Of a DNA stretch of 64,000 nt, positions 39,117-49,131 are shown piece by piece; the stretch's first letter is position 1, and each line of letters starts with the position of its first letter. Under the pieces are notes generated by a model. That model was not told the DNA's origin and ran no database searches. It saw nothing but the letters and a program-made list of their open reading frames with translations. This DNA is from an uncultured delta proteobacterium (GTDB lineage Bacteria; Myxococcota_A; Polyangia; Fen-1088), in contig CAVYGB010000013.1 of the NCBI GenBank assembly GCA_963767925.1, positions 132,576 to 196,575 of the forward strand. Reading direction: 5' to 3'. The translations under genes were made by a program, and so were the position numbers.

Positions 39117-40088
39117 TCAGCCCTTGCCCTTGGCCTTCTTGATCTCGGCGATGAGGGCGGGGATGGCGGTCTCCCAGGTGGCCACCAGGCCGTAGTCGGC
39201 GACCTGGAAGATGGGGGCCTCGGGGTCCTTGTTGATGGCGACGATGACCTTCGAGCCCTTCATGCCGGCCAGGTGCTGGATGGCGCCCGAGATGGCCACC
39301 GCGATGTACAGGTTGGGCGCCACCACCTTGCCGGTCTGGCCCACCTGCAGATCGTTGGGCACCATGCCGGCGTCGGCCGCGGCCCGGCTGGCGCCGAGGG
39401 CGCCGCCCAGCAGGTCGGTCAGCTCCTCCAGCACGCTGAAGTTCTCGCCGGTCTTCATGCCGCGCCCGCCCGAGACGACCACCTTCGCCTCGGTCAGCTC
39501 GGGGCGAACGCTCTTGGTGGCGTGGACCGCCACCAGCTCGGCCCCCAGCGTCTCGGGCGCCGCCACCGTGCCGGTCTCGACCGCCCCCGCGGCCGCCGCC
39601 GGCGCCGCCGGCGGGAACTCGGTCTGGCGCACGGTCGCCACCACGAGCGGCGTCAGCACCTCGACGTCGGCCAGCGCGTTGCCCGCGTAGGTCGGTCGGC
39701 GGAAGCTCTTCGGGCCGCAGCACCTTGGAGACGTCGCTGGCCATGCCCGCCTCCAGCAGGGCCGCCACCCGGGGCAAGATGTCCTTGCCGGTCGAGGTGG
39801 CGGAGCCGAGCAGCGCTGCCGCCCCCGCCTGCTTGACCGCCGCCGCCAGCACCGGCGCGTAGGTCTCGGCCAGGACCGGCCGCCAGGCCCGGGGCCTCGA
39901 GGCGGATCACCTTGTCCACGATAGGCGGCCGTCTGGGTGGCGGCGGCGCCGGTGTCGGCGCCCACCAGCAGGGCCACCACCGGACCGCCTGGTGTTTGGC
40001 CAGCTCGCGCGCGGCGGTCACCGCCGGCAGCGCGCTGGACTGCATCCCCTCGGGGCCACTCTCCACGAAGACCGCGACGCGCGCCCAT
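39117..40088 (-). CDS. etfA: Electron transfer flavoprotein alpha subunit (several frameshifts)
   Basis: [63 protein letters not shown]-terminal half split across three frames. Confidence 0.9.
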   Translation of the reverse strand: MGARRGLRGEWPRGDAVQRAAGGDRRARAGQTPGGPVVALLVGADTGAAATQTAAYRGQGDPPRGPGPGGRSWPRPTRRCWRRRSSRRGRQRCSAPPPRPARTSCPGWRPCWRRAWPATSPRCCGPKSFRRPTYAGNALADVEVLTPLVVATVRQTEFPPAAPAAAAGAVETGTVAAPETLGAELVAVHATKSVRPELTEAKVVVSGGRGMKTGENFSVLEELTDLLGGALGASRAAADAGMVPNDLQVGQTGKVVAPNLYIAVAISGAIQHLAGMKGSKVIVAINKDPEAPIFQVADYGLVATWETAIPALIAEIKKAKGKG

Positions 40089-40912
40089 CAGAGCACCTTC
40101 GCTTCGGTTCGTGAGCTTGGCCACCAGCTCCTCGACCGAGGCCACCTTCTGACCCGCCTTGCGCGCCTCGGGCGCGGCGTGGCCGGTGGTCTTGACGAGC
40201 TGGGCGCCCGTCGACCCCCAGTGACTCGGCGGTGATCTCTTTTATCTCTTTCTTCTTGGCGGCCATGATCCCCTTCAGCGAAGCGTAGCGCTGGCTCTCC
40301 TCCCACTCGGCCTCGGCGGGCGCGAGGGCGGCGTTGCGGACCGCCTTCTTGCCGATGATGCGCAGGTCGACGGTCAGCACCGCCGGCAGGGGGACCCGCT
40401 TCTCCTCGACGCCGGCGTCCACCTCGCGTGTGACGGTGGCCGACTTGCCGTCGGCCGCCAGCATCACGCTGGCCAGGAAGGTCGCCTGGGGCCAGCCCAG
40501 GTAGCCCGCCAGGAGCTGCCCCACCTGGTTGGAGTCGCCGTCGACCGCCTGCTTGCCCAGCACCACCAGGTCGGGCGACTCGGCCTTCACCAGCGCCGCC
40601 AGCGTGCGCGCCACCTCGTCGGCGTCGAGGGCCGTGTCGTCCCCCGCCACCAGGATGCCCGCGGTCGGCGCCCATGGCCAGCAGACCTCGCATCTGCTGG
40701 GTGACCTCCTTGGGGCCGATGCTCACGAGCACCACCTCGCCGGCGTGCTCGCCGCCCTTGCCCTTCTCGGTCAGTCGAAGCGCCGTCTCGACCGCGTATT
40801 CGTCGAAGGGATTGACCTGCCAGCTCGCGCCAGACAGGTCCAGCCCGCCCCCGGCGAACTTCAGCTTCTGTTCCGGGTTGGGCACCCGCTTGATGGGAAC
40901 GAGTATTTTCAC
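40088..40912 (-). CDS. etfB: Electron transfer flavoprotein beta subunit (frameshifted)
   Basis: [59 protein letters not shown]; TGATG coupling to etfA. Confidence 0.9.
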   Translation of the reverse strand: MKILVPIKRVPNPEQKLKFAGGGLDLSGASWQVNPFDEYAVETALRLTEKGKGGEHAGEVVLVSIGPKEVTQQMRGLLAMGADRGHPGGGGRHGPRRRRGGAHAGGAGEGRVARPGGAGQAGGRRRLQPGGAAPGGLPGLAPGDLPGQRDAGGRRQVGHRHTRGGRRRRGEAGPPAGGADRRPAHHRQEGGPQRRPRARRGRVGGEPALRFAEGDHGRQEERDKRDHRRVTGGRRAPSSSRPPATPRPRRARRVRRWPRSRSWWPSSRTEAKVL

Positions 40913-40956
40913 GCGTCCTCCGAGGTCTCTGCGAGGTGAAGCGGCGCTGGCGCCGG

Positions 40957-41472
40957 TCAGGGTGGATCCGCTCTCAGCGGTGCGACGAGCGCCTCTTCGA
41001 GACAGCGCAAGATGTTGTCGTTCAGGTCGACGAGGTAGACGGTCGTCGGCTTGGGCTGCCGGTGGGCGCGCAGCTCGTCGACGATGGCCCGGCGGCGTCC
41101 GAGGGGTCGACGCCGCCGAGGCCGGTCCCCATGCCCGGCAGGGCGATGGTCTCGAAGCTCGTGATGTGCGGCGGCGATCAGGGCGGCGCGGGTCGCCCGC
41201 CGCACGTTTTCGACCCCGACCTTCTCGCCCGGCTCTTCCATGGTCGGCGCGTGAATGACGTGTTTCGCCCAGAGCTGCCCGGCGTCGTGACCACCGCGGC
41301 GCCAACCGCGATGGGGGCCAGCGACATGGCCTCGCGCTGGATGCGACGGCCCGCCCTTGCGGGACAGGGCGCCGGCCACGCCGCCGCCCATGATTCCCAA
41401 GGAATTCGCGGGGTTGACCACGGCATCCACCGGCATCTCCGTGATGTCGCTCTTGGCGATGTGGATCACCAT
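40957..41472 (-). CDS. Macro domain (ADP-ribose binding/hydrolase) protein (frameshifted)
   Basis: DIT...VDAVVNPANS.G.MGGGVAGAL, KHVIHAPTM. Confidence 0.85.
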   Translation of the reverse strand: MVIHIAKSDITEMPVDAVVNPANSLGIMGGGVAGALSRKGGPSHPARGHVAGPHRGWRRGGHDAGQLWAKHVIHAPTMEEPGEKVGVENVRRATRAALIAAAHHELRDHRPAGHGDRPRRRRPLGRRRAIVDELRAHRQPKPTTVYLVDLNDNILRCLEEALVAPLRADPP

Positions 41473-41622
41473 CGACGCGCTCGCAAGCTGCCCCGACGGC
41501 CGACCCGCCAGCCACCCCGACGACTGAGCTTGAGCGTTCGGACGATCAATTCGCCGGACACGGTAGCACTGGGCGGCGCGACCCAGCAAGCGTCGCGGCC
41601 ACCCGCCCCGCCGGGCCCACGC

Positions 41623-41711
41623 CCGGACTTCGGTTCCGGACTTCGGTTCCGGACTTCAGTTCCGGACTTCGGTTCCAGACTTCGGTTCCAGACTTCGGTT
41701 CCGGACTTCGG
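41623..41711. repeat. Tandem repeat, 13-bp unit CCRGACTTCRGTT x ~6.8
   Basis: Head-to-tail copies without spacers, immediately after the cdnL stop codon. Confidence 0.9.
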
Positions 41712-41712
41712 C

Positions 41713-42213
41713 CTAAGAGGTCCCCTCGGACAGCACCTGCTCGAGCTCCTTCACCACCGCGGCCTCGTCCGCCTTCCGGGCGGCCGAGATCTCCTGGACG
41801 ATGAGCCCGCGGGCGGTGTCCAGCATGCGCCGCTCGCCGAAGGAGAGCGTCTTGGTGGTCTTGAGCCGGAATAGGTCACGAAACACCTCCGCAACCTCGA
41901 ACAGCGAGCCGCTCTTGATCTTCTCCATGAAGCCCCGATAGCGGCGGTTCCAGGTGTGCCGGTCGCAGCGCACCGCCTTCTCACGCAGGATCTGCAGGAC
42001 CTCCTCGACGTCGTCGGCGCCGGCGACCGGCCGCAGCCCGACCTGCCCGGCCTTGTCGGTGGGGACGAGGATCCGGAGCCCGTTGTCCTCCAGGCGCAGG
42101 ACGTAAAAGCTCTGGACGCTGCCGTGGATCTCCTTCTTCTCGATGCCGAGAACCTCGGCGATCCCCCGCGACGGATAGACGGCCTTCTGACCGATGGCGA
42201 ACGTGACCGACAC
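41713..42213 (-). CDS. cdnL: CarD/CdnL-family RNA polymerase-binding transcription factor
   Basis: F..G.KAVYP..G, FYVL....NG.RI.VP, TWNRRYR..MEKIK.GS.FE.AEV.RDL, LSFGERRMLDTAR. No HMGA-like tail, so CdnL type. GGAGGT RBS before GTG. Confidence 0.9.
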   Translation of the reverse strand: MSVTFAIGQKAVYPSRGIAEVLGIEKKEIHGSVQSFYVLRLEDNGLRILVPTDKAGQVGLRPVAGADDVEEVLQILREKAVRCDRHTWNRRYRGFMEKIKSGSLFEVAEVFRDLFRLKTTKTLSFGERRMLDTARGLIVQEISAARKADEAAVVKELEQVLSEGTS

Positions 42214-42660
42214 TGCTTTACCTCCGAACGCGGAAGGTTGACGGACCCGGGCGTCCACAGGGGCGCAAAGGTAGGATATACAACTCTACTCCATAGAAAG
42301 AGTCGGGGTCCACCCCGTGTGCCAGGAACGCCTGCCCGCAAGCGGCATCTCCCGGGAACGTGAACGAATTTTTACCGAGAGAAAACCCGACGCGGATCCG
42401 GAGGGCTCCGGAAGCACCACGGCGCGATCGCGCTGAGCCGTCGCCGCCGCCGCGCTGCCGTCACGGAGAAATTCAGCGGCGAAGTCCAGGGCTTCCCGGC
42501 CGCCGCGATGGCTGACGCGCGCTTGCCCCCACCGCCGCTCGACCGGTACCCTTACATGCATGTCCCGCGACCACCGTTGCGGGGCAGGGAGGCAGAGCCG
42601 GTGTGGGGTGGGATGGGGAGGAAGCCAGCGGGGCTCGGTCGCCTCCGTGCAGGAACACTG

Positions 42661-45600
42661 ATGAACTTAGCGAAGCCTCTCTCCGCGGCGCGGCCGCGAC
42701 AGCTCCACGTTTGCCTCGCAGCGCTCGCGCTTGTCGCCGCGGCCTGCTCCGGCAAGTCGGGCGCCCGACCGACGGCGCGCTCGGACGGCGGCGCTGACGC
42801 GCGCGACGGCATGGGCGCCGTGGCGGGCGACGCCCGGATCGGTGACGCCGGCGCGGGCGACGCGTACGTTCGCCCCATCGTCGGATCCTGCGAGACCGTC
42901 CCGGTCACGAAGAAGGCCCGGGGAGAGGTCTGTAGCTGCCACGACGAGTGTCTCACCGGCAACTGTGTCGACGGGGTCTGCTGCAGCAGCGCCTGCAGCG
43001 GACCGTGCTTGGCCTGCAACCTGGCGGGCACGGCCGGCCAGTGCACGCCGGTGCCCGACGGGCTGCCGCCGGTCATCCCCACCCAGTGCCCGCGCGAGCC
43101 GGTGGCGAGCTGCGGGCTCGACGGCCTGTGCAACGGCCGCGGCGGGTGTCGCCGTTTTCCCGATGGCACCGCCTGCGAGCCCGGCACCTGCCAGGGCAAC
43201 TCGCTGGTGGGGGCCAAGCAGTGCAGCGCCGGAAAGTGCGCCGCCCCGGTCATCGTGACCTGCTCGCCCTACGGCTGCGACGCCGGCGCCAACCGCTGTC
43301 ACGACCGCTGCACGGACGGCAGCGCCTGCGCCGGAGGGGCCTGCCAGGCCGGGAGCTGCGGCAAGAAGGCGGCGGGCGCCACCTGCCAGGCGGCGGCCGA
43401 GTGCGAGTCGGGCTTCTGCACCGACGGGGTCTGCTGCAACAGCGCCTGCAGCGGCCCCTGCGTGAGCTGCCGCGAGCCCGGGCGCTTCGGCCAGTGCGCG
43501 CCGGTGTCGGCGGGCCACATCGATCCCCACGGCCAGTGCCAGCGGCAGGGCCCCGAGACCTGCGGTCAGACCGGCGTCTGCAACGGAGAGGGCGGCTGCG
43601 CTCGCCACGCCTCGGGCACCCGCTGTCGCCCCGGCTCCTGCTCGGGCGCCAGCTTCGTGCCGCCGAGCGTTTGCGACGGCGTCGGCTCCTGCGTCCCGAG
43701 CGCGCCGATAAGCTGCGCGCCCTTCATGTGTGCCCTGGGGGCTTGCCGGGGGACCTGCGGCACCAACGCCGACTGCATCCCGCCCAACTCCTGCCAGGGG
43801 GGGAGCTGCGGCAAGAGGGGGCTGGGCCAGCGCTGCGAGGGGAGCAGCGAGTGCCAGTCCAACCAGTGTGTCGACGGCGTCTGTTGCGACTCGGCCTGCG
43901 GGGGCAAGTGCGTCTACTGCGCCCTGCCCGAGGCGCTGGGCCGCTGCGTGAACGTCCCCGCCGGGGTGAACGACCCGCGCGCCGCCGCCGGCGTCAGCGA
44001 GCCTTCGCGCATCTGCGTCGACGAGGGGGTCGAGGCCTGCGGCAGCAACGGCCGCTGCGACGGGCAGGGCGGCTGCCAGACCTACCCCAACGGATCGATC
44101 TGCCAGCCGGAGAGCTGCGACCCGGGGGCCAACCGCTTCGCGGTGGGGACCTGCCGCAACGGGGCCTGCACCGTCGCCTCCCGGAGCTGCGCGCCCAACC
44201 GCTGCAACGGCAGCCGCTGCGGCCAGCGCTGCGCCGAGGACCCCCAGTGCGCCACGCCCAACGTCTGTCTGCGCGGCTCCTGCGGCAAGAAGCCCAACGG
44301 CGAGCCCTGCTCGGAGAGCACGGCCAGCGAGTGCGCCTCGGGGATCTGCGCCCAGGGGGTCTGCTGCGCGGGCGCCTGCGGCGGCTCCTGCGTCTCCTGC
44401 GCCTTGCCCCAGTCGGCGGGGGTCTGCTCGCCGGTGCCGGCCGGGCAGGCCGACCCGGCCCGGGCCTGCACCGACGCGGGGGCCTCGACCTGCAAGGGCG
44501 ACGGGCTGTGCGACGGGCGGGGCAAGTGCCGCCTGTACGGGGAGGGGACCATCTGCGCCGCCGCGACCTGCGGCAGCGGGGTGGCCCGCCGGGTCTCGCG
44601 CTGCGATGGCGAGGGGGCCTGCGTCCCTGGCGCCACCGAGGCCTGCGCCCCCATCGTTGTCTGCGATCAGCCGGGGGTGGCCTGCGAGAAGACCTGCACC
44701 TCCGACAGCCAGTGCGTCTCGGGCAGCCGCTGCTTCGAGGGGCGCTGCGGGCTGCTCGAGAACGGCAAGGCCTGCACCGGCAGCGGCGACTGCAAGTCGG
44801 GCTTCTGCGTGGACGGGGTGTGCTGCGATCGGGCCTGCGGCGGCAACAACCAGAACGACTGCCTGGCCTGCGCCCGCGACGCCGGGGCCACCGCCGACGG
44901 CAAGTGCGGCGCGCGCGGCGGCGGCACCCGCTGCAGCGACGGCAACGCCTGCACCGAGAACGACGCCTGCTCGGGCGAGACCTGCGCGGGGGTGACGGTT
45001 GTCTGCACCGCCAAGAGCCGGTGCCACGACGCCGGCACCTGCGACCCGGTGACCGGTCGCTGCACGACGCCCGCCCGCAGCAACGGCGCGCCTTGCGACG
45101 ACGCCAACTCCTGCACCAGCGCCGATAGCTGCAGCGGCGGGGCCTGCGGCGGCGTGGCGGTGGTCTGCCCGGCGGGGGGCCAGTGTGCGGTGTCGGCCTG
45201 CGATCCCGCGACCGGCATGTGCGCCAGCCAGCCTCGCGCCGACGGGACCACCTGCAGCGACGACAGCCGCTGCACCCGGGCCGACACCTGCCAGCGGGGA
45301 CAATGTGTGGGCAGCGATCCGGTCGTGTGCCAGGCGGGGGCCTGCCACGAGGCGGGGGTCTGCGAGGCGGCCACCGGCGTCTGCACCCGACCGGTGCGGG
45401 CGGATGGGACCCTGTGCGAAGACGGCAACCGCTGCACGCTCGAAGATCGCTGCGCGGGCGGGGCCTGCCTGGCGGGGCCGCCGAAGTCCTGCGCCAGCGC
45501 CGGCGTCTGCCAGACCGCCGGGAGCTGCGATCCCGCCGACGGCCAGTGCAAGGGGGGGACCGCCCGGCCCGACGACAGCCCCTGCGACGACGACAACCTG

Positions 45601-46416
45601 TGCACCACCGCCGATCGCTGCCGGGGAGGCCTGTGCGCCGGAGCGAGCGTGAGCTGCCCGGGGGCCACCCCCTGCCGGGTCGCCTCGACCTGCAACCCGC
45701 TCACCGGGATCTGCGCTCCGGGGGCGCCCCGGAACCCGGGGACGGCCTGCGACGACGCCACCCGCTGCACCCAGGACGACGTCTGCCGCAGCGACGGCGA
45801 ATGCCGGGGCGACCCGGTGTCGTGCCCGCCCGCCACCGCCTGCCTGGCCGCCTCGGCCTGCAACCTCGAGAGCGGGGTGTGCGCCGAGCGGGCCCCGCTC
45901 AACGAAGGCGGCGCCTGCGATGACGGCAGCTCCTGCTCCGAGGGGGACGTCTGCCGGCAGGGCACGTGTGTCGGTCGGGCCAAGACCTGCACCTCCAGCA
46001 ACGTCTGCGTGGGCCCGGGGGCCTGCGATCAGGCCAGCGGCCTGTGCACGGTGGGCAGCTTCCTCGACGGCACGAGCTGCAGCGATGGCAACGCCTGCAC
46101 CGACGACGATAGCTGCTCGGGGGGGAGCTGCCGGGGAAGTCCCCGCTCCTGCCCGGCCACCGTCTGCCACGCCCCGGGGAGCTGCAACCCCGCCACCGGC
46201 CAGTGCTCGGGGGGCGTCCCCCTCAGCGGGGCCGAGTGCGACGACAACGACGCCTGCACCACCACCTCCCTCTGTCAGGCGGGGGTCTGCCTGGGGACCG
46301 CCCCCAAGGACTGCAGCGACAGCGATCCCTGCACGCTGGACGCCTGCGCCGCGGGCGGCTGCGTGCACACGCCCATCGCCGGCTGCCTGCCCGACGCCGG
46401 CGCCGATGGGCCCTGA
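42661..46416 (+). CDS. Giant cysteine-rich repeat lipoprotein (~1,250 aa)
   Basis: Lipobox VAAA-C; about five C.SG.CVDGVCC..AC.G.C..C modules followed by about eight to ten C.D.N.CT..D.C..G.C modules. Confidence 0.85.
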   Translation: MNLAKPLSAARPRQLHVCLAALALVAAACSGKSGARPTARSDGGADARDGMGAVAGDARIGDAGAGDAYVRPIVGSCETVPVTKKARGEVCSCHDECLTGNCVDGVCCSSACSGPCLACNLAGTAGQCTPVPDGLPPVIPTQCPREPVASCGLDGLCNGRGGCRRFPDGTACEPGTCQGNSLVGAKQCSAGKCAAPVIVTCSPYGCDAGANRCHDRCTDGSACAGGACQAGSCGKKAAGATCQAAAECESGFCTDGVCCNSACSGPCVSCREPGRFGQCAPVSAGHIDPHGQCQRQGPETCGQTGVCNGEGGCARHASGTRCRPGSCSGASFVPPSVCDGVGSCVPSAPISCAPFMCALGACRGTCGTNADCIPPNSCQGGSCGKRGLGQRCEGSSECQSNQCVDGVCCDSACGGKCVYCALPEALGRCVNVPAGVNDPRAAAGVSEPSRICVDEGVEACGSNGRCDGQGGCQTYPNGSICQPESCDPGANRFAVGTCRNGACTVASRSCAPNRCNGSRCGQRCAEDPQCATPNVCLRGSCGKKPNGEPCSESTASECASGICAQGVCCAGACGGSCVSCALPQSAGVCSPVPAGQADPARACTDAGASTCKGDGLCDGRGKCRLYGEGTICAAATCGSGVARRVSRCDGEGACVPGATEACAPIVVCDQPGVACEKTCTSDSQCVSGSRCFEGRCGLLENGKACTGSGDCKSGFCVDGVCCDRACGGNNQNDCLACARDAGATADGKCGARGGGTRCSDGNACTENDACSGETCAGVTVVCTAKSRCHDAGTCDPVTGRCTTPARSNGAPCDDANSCTSADSCSGGACGGVAVVCPAGGQCAVSACDPATGMCASQPRADGTTCSDDSRCTRADTCQRGQCVGSDPVVCQAGACHEAGVCEAATGVCTRPVRADGTLCEDGNRCTLEDRCAGGACLAGPPKSCASAGVCQTAGSCDPADGQCKGGTARPDDSPCDDDNLCTTADRCRGGLCAGASVSCPGATPCRVASTCNPLTGICAPGAPRNPGTACDDATRCTQDDVCRSDGECRGDPVSCPPATACLAASACNLESGVCAERAPLNEGGACDDGSSCSEGDVCRQGTCVGRAKTCTSSNVCVGPGACDQASGLCTVGSFLDGTSCSDGNACTDDDSCSGGSCRGSPRSCPATVCHAPGSCNPATGQCSGGVPLSGAECDDNDACTTTSLCQAGVCLGTAPKDCSDSDPCTLDACAAGGCVHTPIAGCLPDAGADGP

Positions 46417-47623
46417 GGACCGCGACGAGATCCGGGTCGAGATCACCGGCCTGGCCCACGGAGGAGACGCGGTCGGCCGCCAGCAGGGTGGGGCGGCGGA
46501 CGGGCGCGTGACCTTCGTGCCGCTCGCCGCGCCCGGCGAACGGGTGCGGGCCCGGATCGTGCGCGCCCAGCCCCGGGTGGCCTGGGCCGAGCTGCTGGAG
46601 ATCGAGCGCCCGGGACCGGGGCGGGTCGCGCCCCCCTGTCCCCTGTTCGGCCGCTGCGGCGGCTGCCAGTGGCAACACGTCGGCGCCGAGGAGCAGCGCC
46701 TGGCCAAGGGCGCCGCCGTCTCCTGGGCCCTCGGCATCGAGGTGGGCGCGGCGCGCGCGGTGGGCCCTCCCTACGGCTACCGCGAGCGGGCCCGGCTCAC
46801 CGTGGGGCGAGGCTCGGCGATCGGGTTCCGGGCGCGTCGCTCGCACGAGGTGATCGACGTGCCCGCTTGCCCCTTGCTCGCCCCCAGCCTGGCCCGGGCC
46901 CTCCCGCTCGTGCGCGAGCGGGCGGCCGGGGCCCGCCCCGGCGAGCAGGTGTCGATCCAGGGCGGTCGGGAGGGCGAGGTGGTTTGGCGGCTCGGTCCCC
47001 GCGCCTGGCGGCTGGATCCCGGAGGGAGCGGCGAGGCCACCCGTCCGCGGGAGATCGATGGCAGCGACCCGGCGCTCTGGCCCGACGTCGCCGAGCCGGG
47101 TGGGACCGCGCTGCGGGTGCCGCCGGGCGGCTTCTCCCAGGTCGGCGGGGCGGCCAACGCCGCCCTGGTGGCGGCGGCGCTGGAGGCGGTGGGCCCCGAT
47201 CCCGGCCGCCTGCTCGAGCTGCACGCCGGGTCGGGCAACTTCACCCGCGCCCTGGTTGGCCGCACCCCCACGGTGATCGCCAGCGACGGCGACCGGGCGG
47301 CGGTCGCCCGCGGCCGGCGCAACGTCCCCGCCGCCCGCTGGTACCCGGAGGCGGAGCTGCCCGCCGAGCCGGTCGACACCGCCCTGGTCGATCCGCCCCG
47401 CGAGGGGCTCGAGGCCGGCAGCCTGGCCCGGGCGGCCGCCGCTGGCCGCCGCCTGGTGTACGTCTCCTGCGATCCCCAGACCCTCGCCCGCGACAGCAAG
47501 CGCTTGCAGGCCCGGGGCTGGCGGCTGCAGGGGGCGCTCGCCCTCGACCTCATGCCCCAGACCCACCACGTGGAGGTGGTGGCGGTGTATGTGGCCGATC
47601 CTGCGCGGGCGCCGTCGGTGTGA
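46406..47623 (+). CDS. TRAM-domain RNA m5U methyltransferase (TrmA/RlmD family)
   Basis: TRAM domain, [4Fe-4S] motif CPLFGRCGGCQWQH, FSQV, ELHAGSGNF, DPPREG, YVSCDPQTLARD, MPQTHHVE. Confidence 0.92.
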   Translation: MGPEDRDEIRVEITGLAHGGDAVGRQQGGAADGRVTFVPLAAPGERVRARIVRAQPRVAWAELLEIERPGPGRVAPPCPLFGRCGGCQWQHVGAEEQRLAKGAAVSWALGIEVGAARAVGPPYGYRERARLTVGRGSAIGFRARRSHEVIDVPACPLLAPSLARALPLVRERAAGARPGEQVSIQGGREGEVVWRLGPRAWRLDPGGSGEATRPREIDGSDPALWPDVAEPGGTALRVPPGGFSQVGGAANAALVAAALEAVGPDPGRLLELHAGSGNFTRALVGRTPTVIASDGDRAAVARGRRNVPAARWYPEAELPAEPVDTALVDPPREGLEAGSLARAAAAGRRLVYVSCDPQTLARDSKRLQARGWRLQGALALDLMPQTHHVEVVAVYVADPARAPSV

Positions 47624-47700
47624 GCCCAGCCGGGCCGGCTCTTTTTCGCCGCGCGCAGCGTTTCGTTGCTCCGGCGCGGATCGTTTCGAATGCTTGGGAG

Positions 47701-48315
47701 GTGCGGGCTAACGGACGTCGGGGTCGACAGGCTGGGTTTTCACTCATCGAGATGCTGATCGTCGTGGCGATCATCGGGGTCCTCGCGGCCCTCGCCACCG
47801 TGGGTTACAAGCGCTACATCGGGCGCGCCCGGGTCAGCGAGGCGATCACCTTGATTGCGGAGATGGCCAGCAAGCAGCAGATCTACTTCCTCGAGTTCGG
47901 CAGCTACTTGCCCCTGCGCGCCGACAACATGACGATCCCCAGTCCCAACGAGGACGCCACCGGCTTTTACCCGACCGACCCCACCACCAGCACCTTCTCG
48001 TCCGCGCGCACGGCGACCTCGATCGCCAACCCCACCGGCTGGCCCGCCGCCTGGCGGGCGGTGGGGCTGCGCCCGCGCCTGCAGAGCCTGTATTGCACCT
48101 ACATGCTCAACGTCGGCCGGGCCGGCGACGCGGCACCCGCCTCCTCGACCTACGGCCCCGCCTTGCTCGGAACCATCGCTGCCGCCAGCCCGCCCTGGTT
48201 CTACACGCTGGCGGCCTGCAACCTGAACGGCGCCACCGGCTGGCCCAGCAACGTCATGGTGCTGGGCATGAGCAGCAACGCCTCGGCGCTGCGCACCTTC
48301 AACGACGGGCAGTGA
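47701..48315 (+). CDS. Type IV pilin-like protein
   Basis: Prepilin cleavage/methylation motif RQAG|FSLIEMLIVVAIIGVLAALA with Glu+5; pair of C-terminal Cys; GGGAG RBS. Confidence 0.88.
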   Translation: MRANGRRGRQAGFSLIEMLIVVAIIGVLAALATVGYKRYIGRARVSEAITLIAEMASKQQIYFLEFGSYLPLRADNMTIPSPNEDATGFYPTDPTTSTFSSARTATSIANPTGWPAAWRAVGLRPRLQSLYCTYMLNVGRAGDAAPASSTYGPALLGTIAAASPPWFYTLAACNLNGATGWPSNVMVLGMSSNASALRTFNDGQ

Positions 48316-48328
48316 GCGCCCGCGCCAC

Positions 48329-48937
48329 CTACATGGTGGTGACGCAGCGACCGTTCATGCAGGCCCGGTTGGGCGGCTCGCAGTAGTTGCCGTTGCAGCA
48401 CAGCTCCCCGGTGTTGCCGCAGGTCTCGCAGCGGGCTCCGGCGTCGGTGCGCAGGCAGACCGTGAGCTCGCGGGCGCAATAGCCCCCGTCGGCGCCCTGG
48501 CAGCAGCTCTCGCGCAGGCCGCCGCAGATGCTGCCGCAGGTGGTGGTCAGGCAGCTCGCCGCGACGCCCTTGCACATGTCGAAGGCGGCGGTGCAGGTGC
48601 CGTCGGTGCAGCAGCCGTTGCTGTTGCAGCGGTTGCCGGGGCAGCACTTCTGGTCGGGGGCCCCGCAGGCCTCCCCCGCTTCGACCAGGCTGGCGTCGCC
48701 GGGCCGGTCGGTCACCCGGCTGTCGTTGGGGTCCTGGCCATTCGCGTCAACGGGCGGCGGATTCGAGGAGTCGTTGCTCCCGCCGACGCCACCCCGGCCT
48801 CCGGTTCCTCCGCTTCCGCCGATCCCGGCCAGCGGGCCGGCGTCGACGGGCGGTCGGACGTATTTGCGGCAGGCGGGCAGCGGTGCGGCCAGGACGGCCA
48901 GCAGGGCCGCAGCGGGAAGCCATCTCGCTAAGTGCAT
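48329..48937 (-). CDS. Cysteine-rich repeat lipoprotein
   Basis: Lipobox LPA-C, Gly-rich linker, CG..(D/G)..CC repeats like those of 14791-16083. Confidence 0.78.
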   Translation of the reverse strand: MHLARWLPAAALLAVLAAPLPACRKYVRPPVDAGPLAGIGGSGGTGGRGGVGGSNDSSNPPPVDANGQDPNDSRVTDRPGDASLVEAGEACGAPDQKCCPGNRCNSNGCCTDGTCTAAFDMCKGVAASCLTTTCGSICGGLRESCCQGADGGYCARELTVCLRTDAGARCETCGNTGELCCNGNYCEPPNRACMNGRCVTTM

Positions 48938-49131
48938 GTTTTGTCTAACCCTCGATGTCCTACTACGCGTGGCAAGCGCCCCGGCTGCCCCGGACGAAGC
49001 CTCATACTACTTCACTACTGGCTTGCCTACCGACTTGTGCGCAAACCCGGCCCCGCCGACGCCGGCCAGCGACGCCCATCACGCCGCCCAGCTCGTTTCC
49101 GCCGGCGGTGGCGCCATATAAACTGCGCTGC

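Noticed and set aside
41623-41711. Possible CRISPR array (also considered for 28624-28676 and 39031-39080)
   Set aside because: Units are 8-13 bp, head-to-tail, with no unique spacers and no cas genes.
41713-42213. Myxococcus-type CarD (HMGA-like)
   Set aside because: No acidic/AT-hook C-terminal domain; the sequence fits CdnL.
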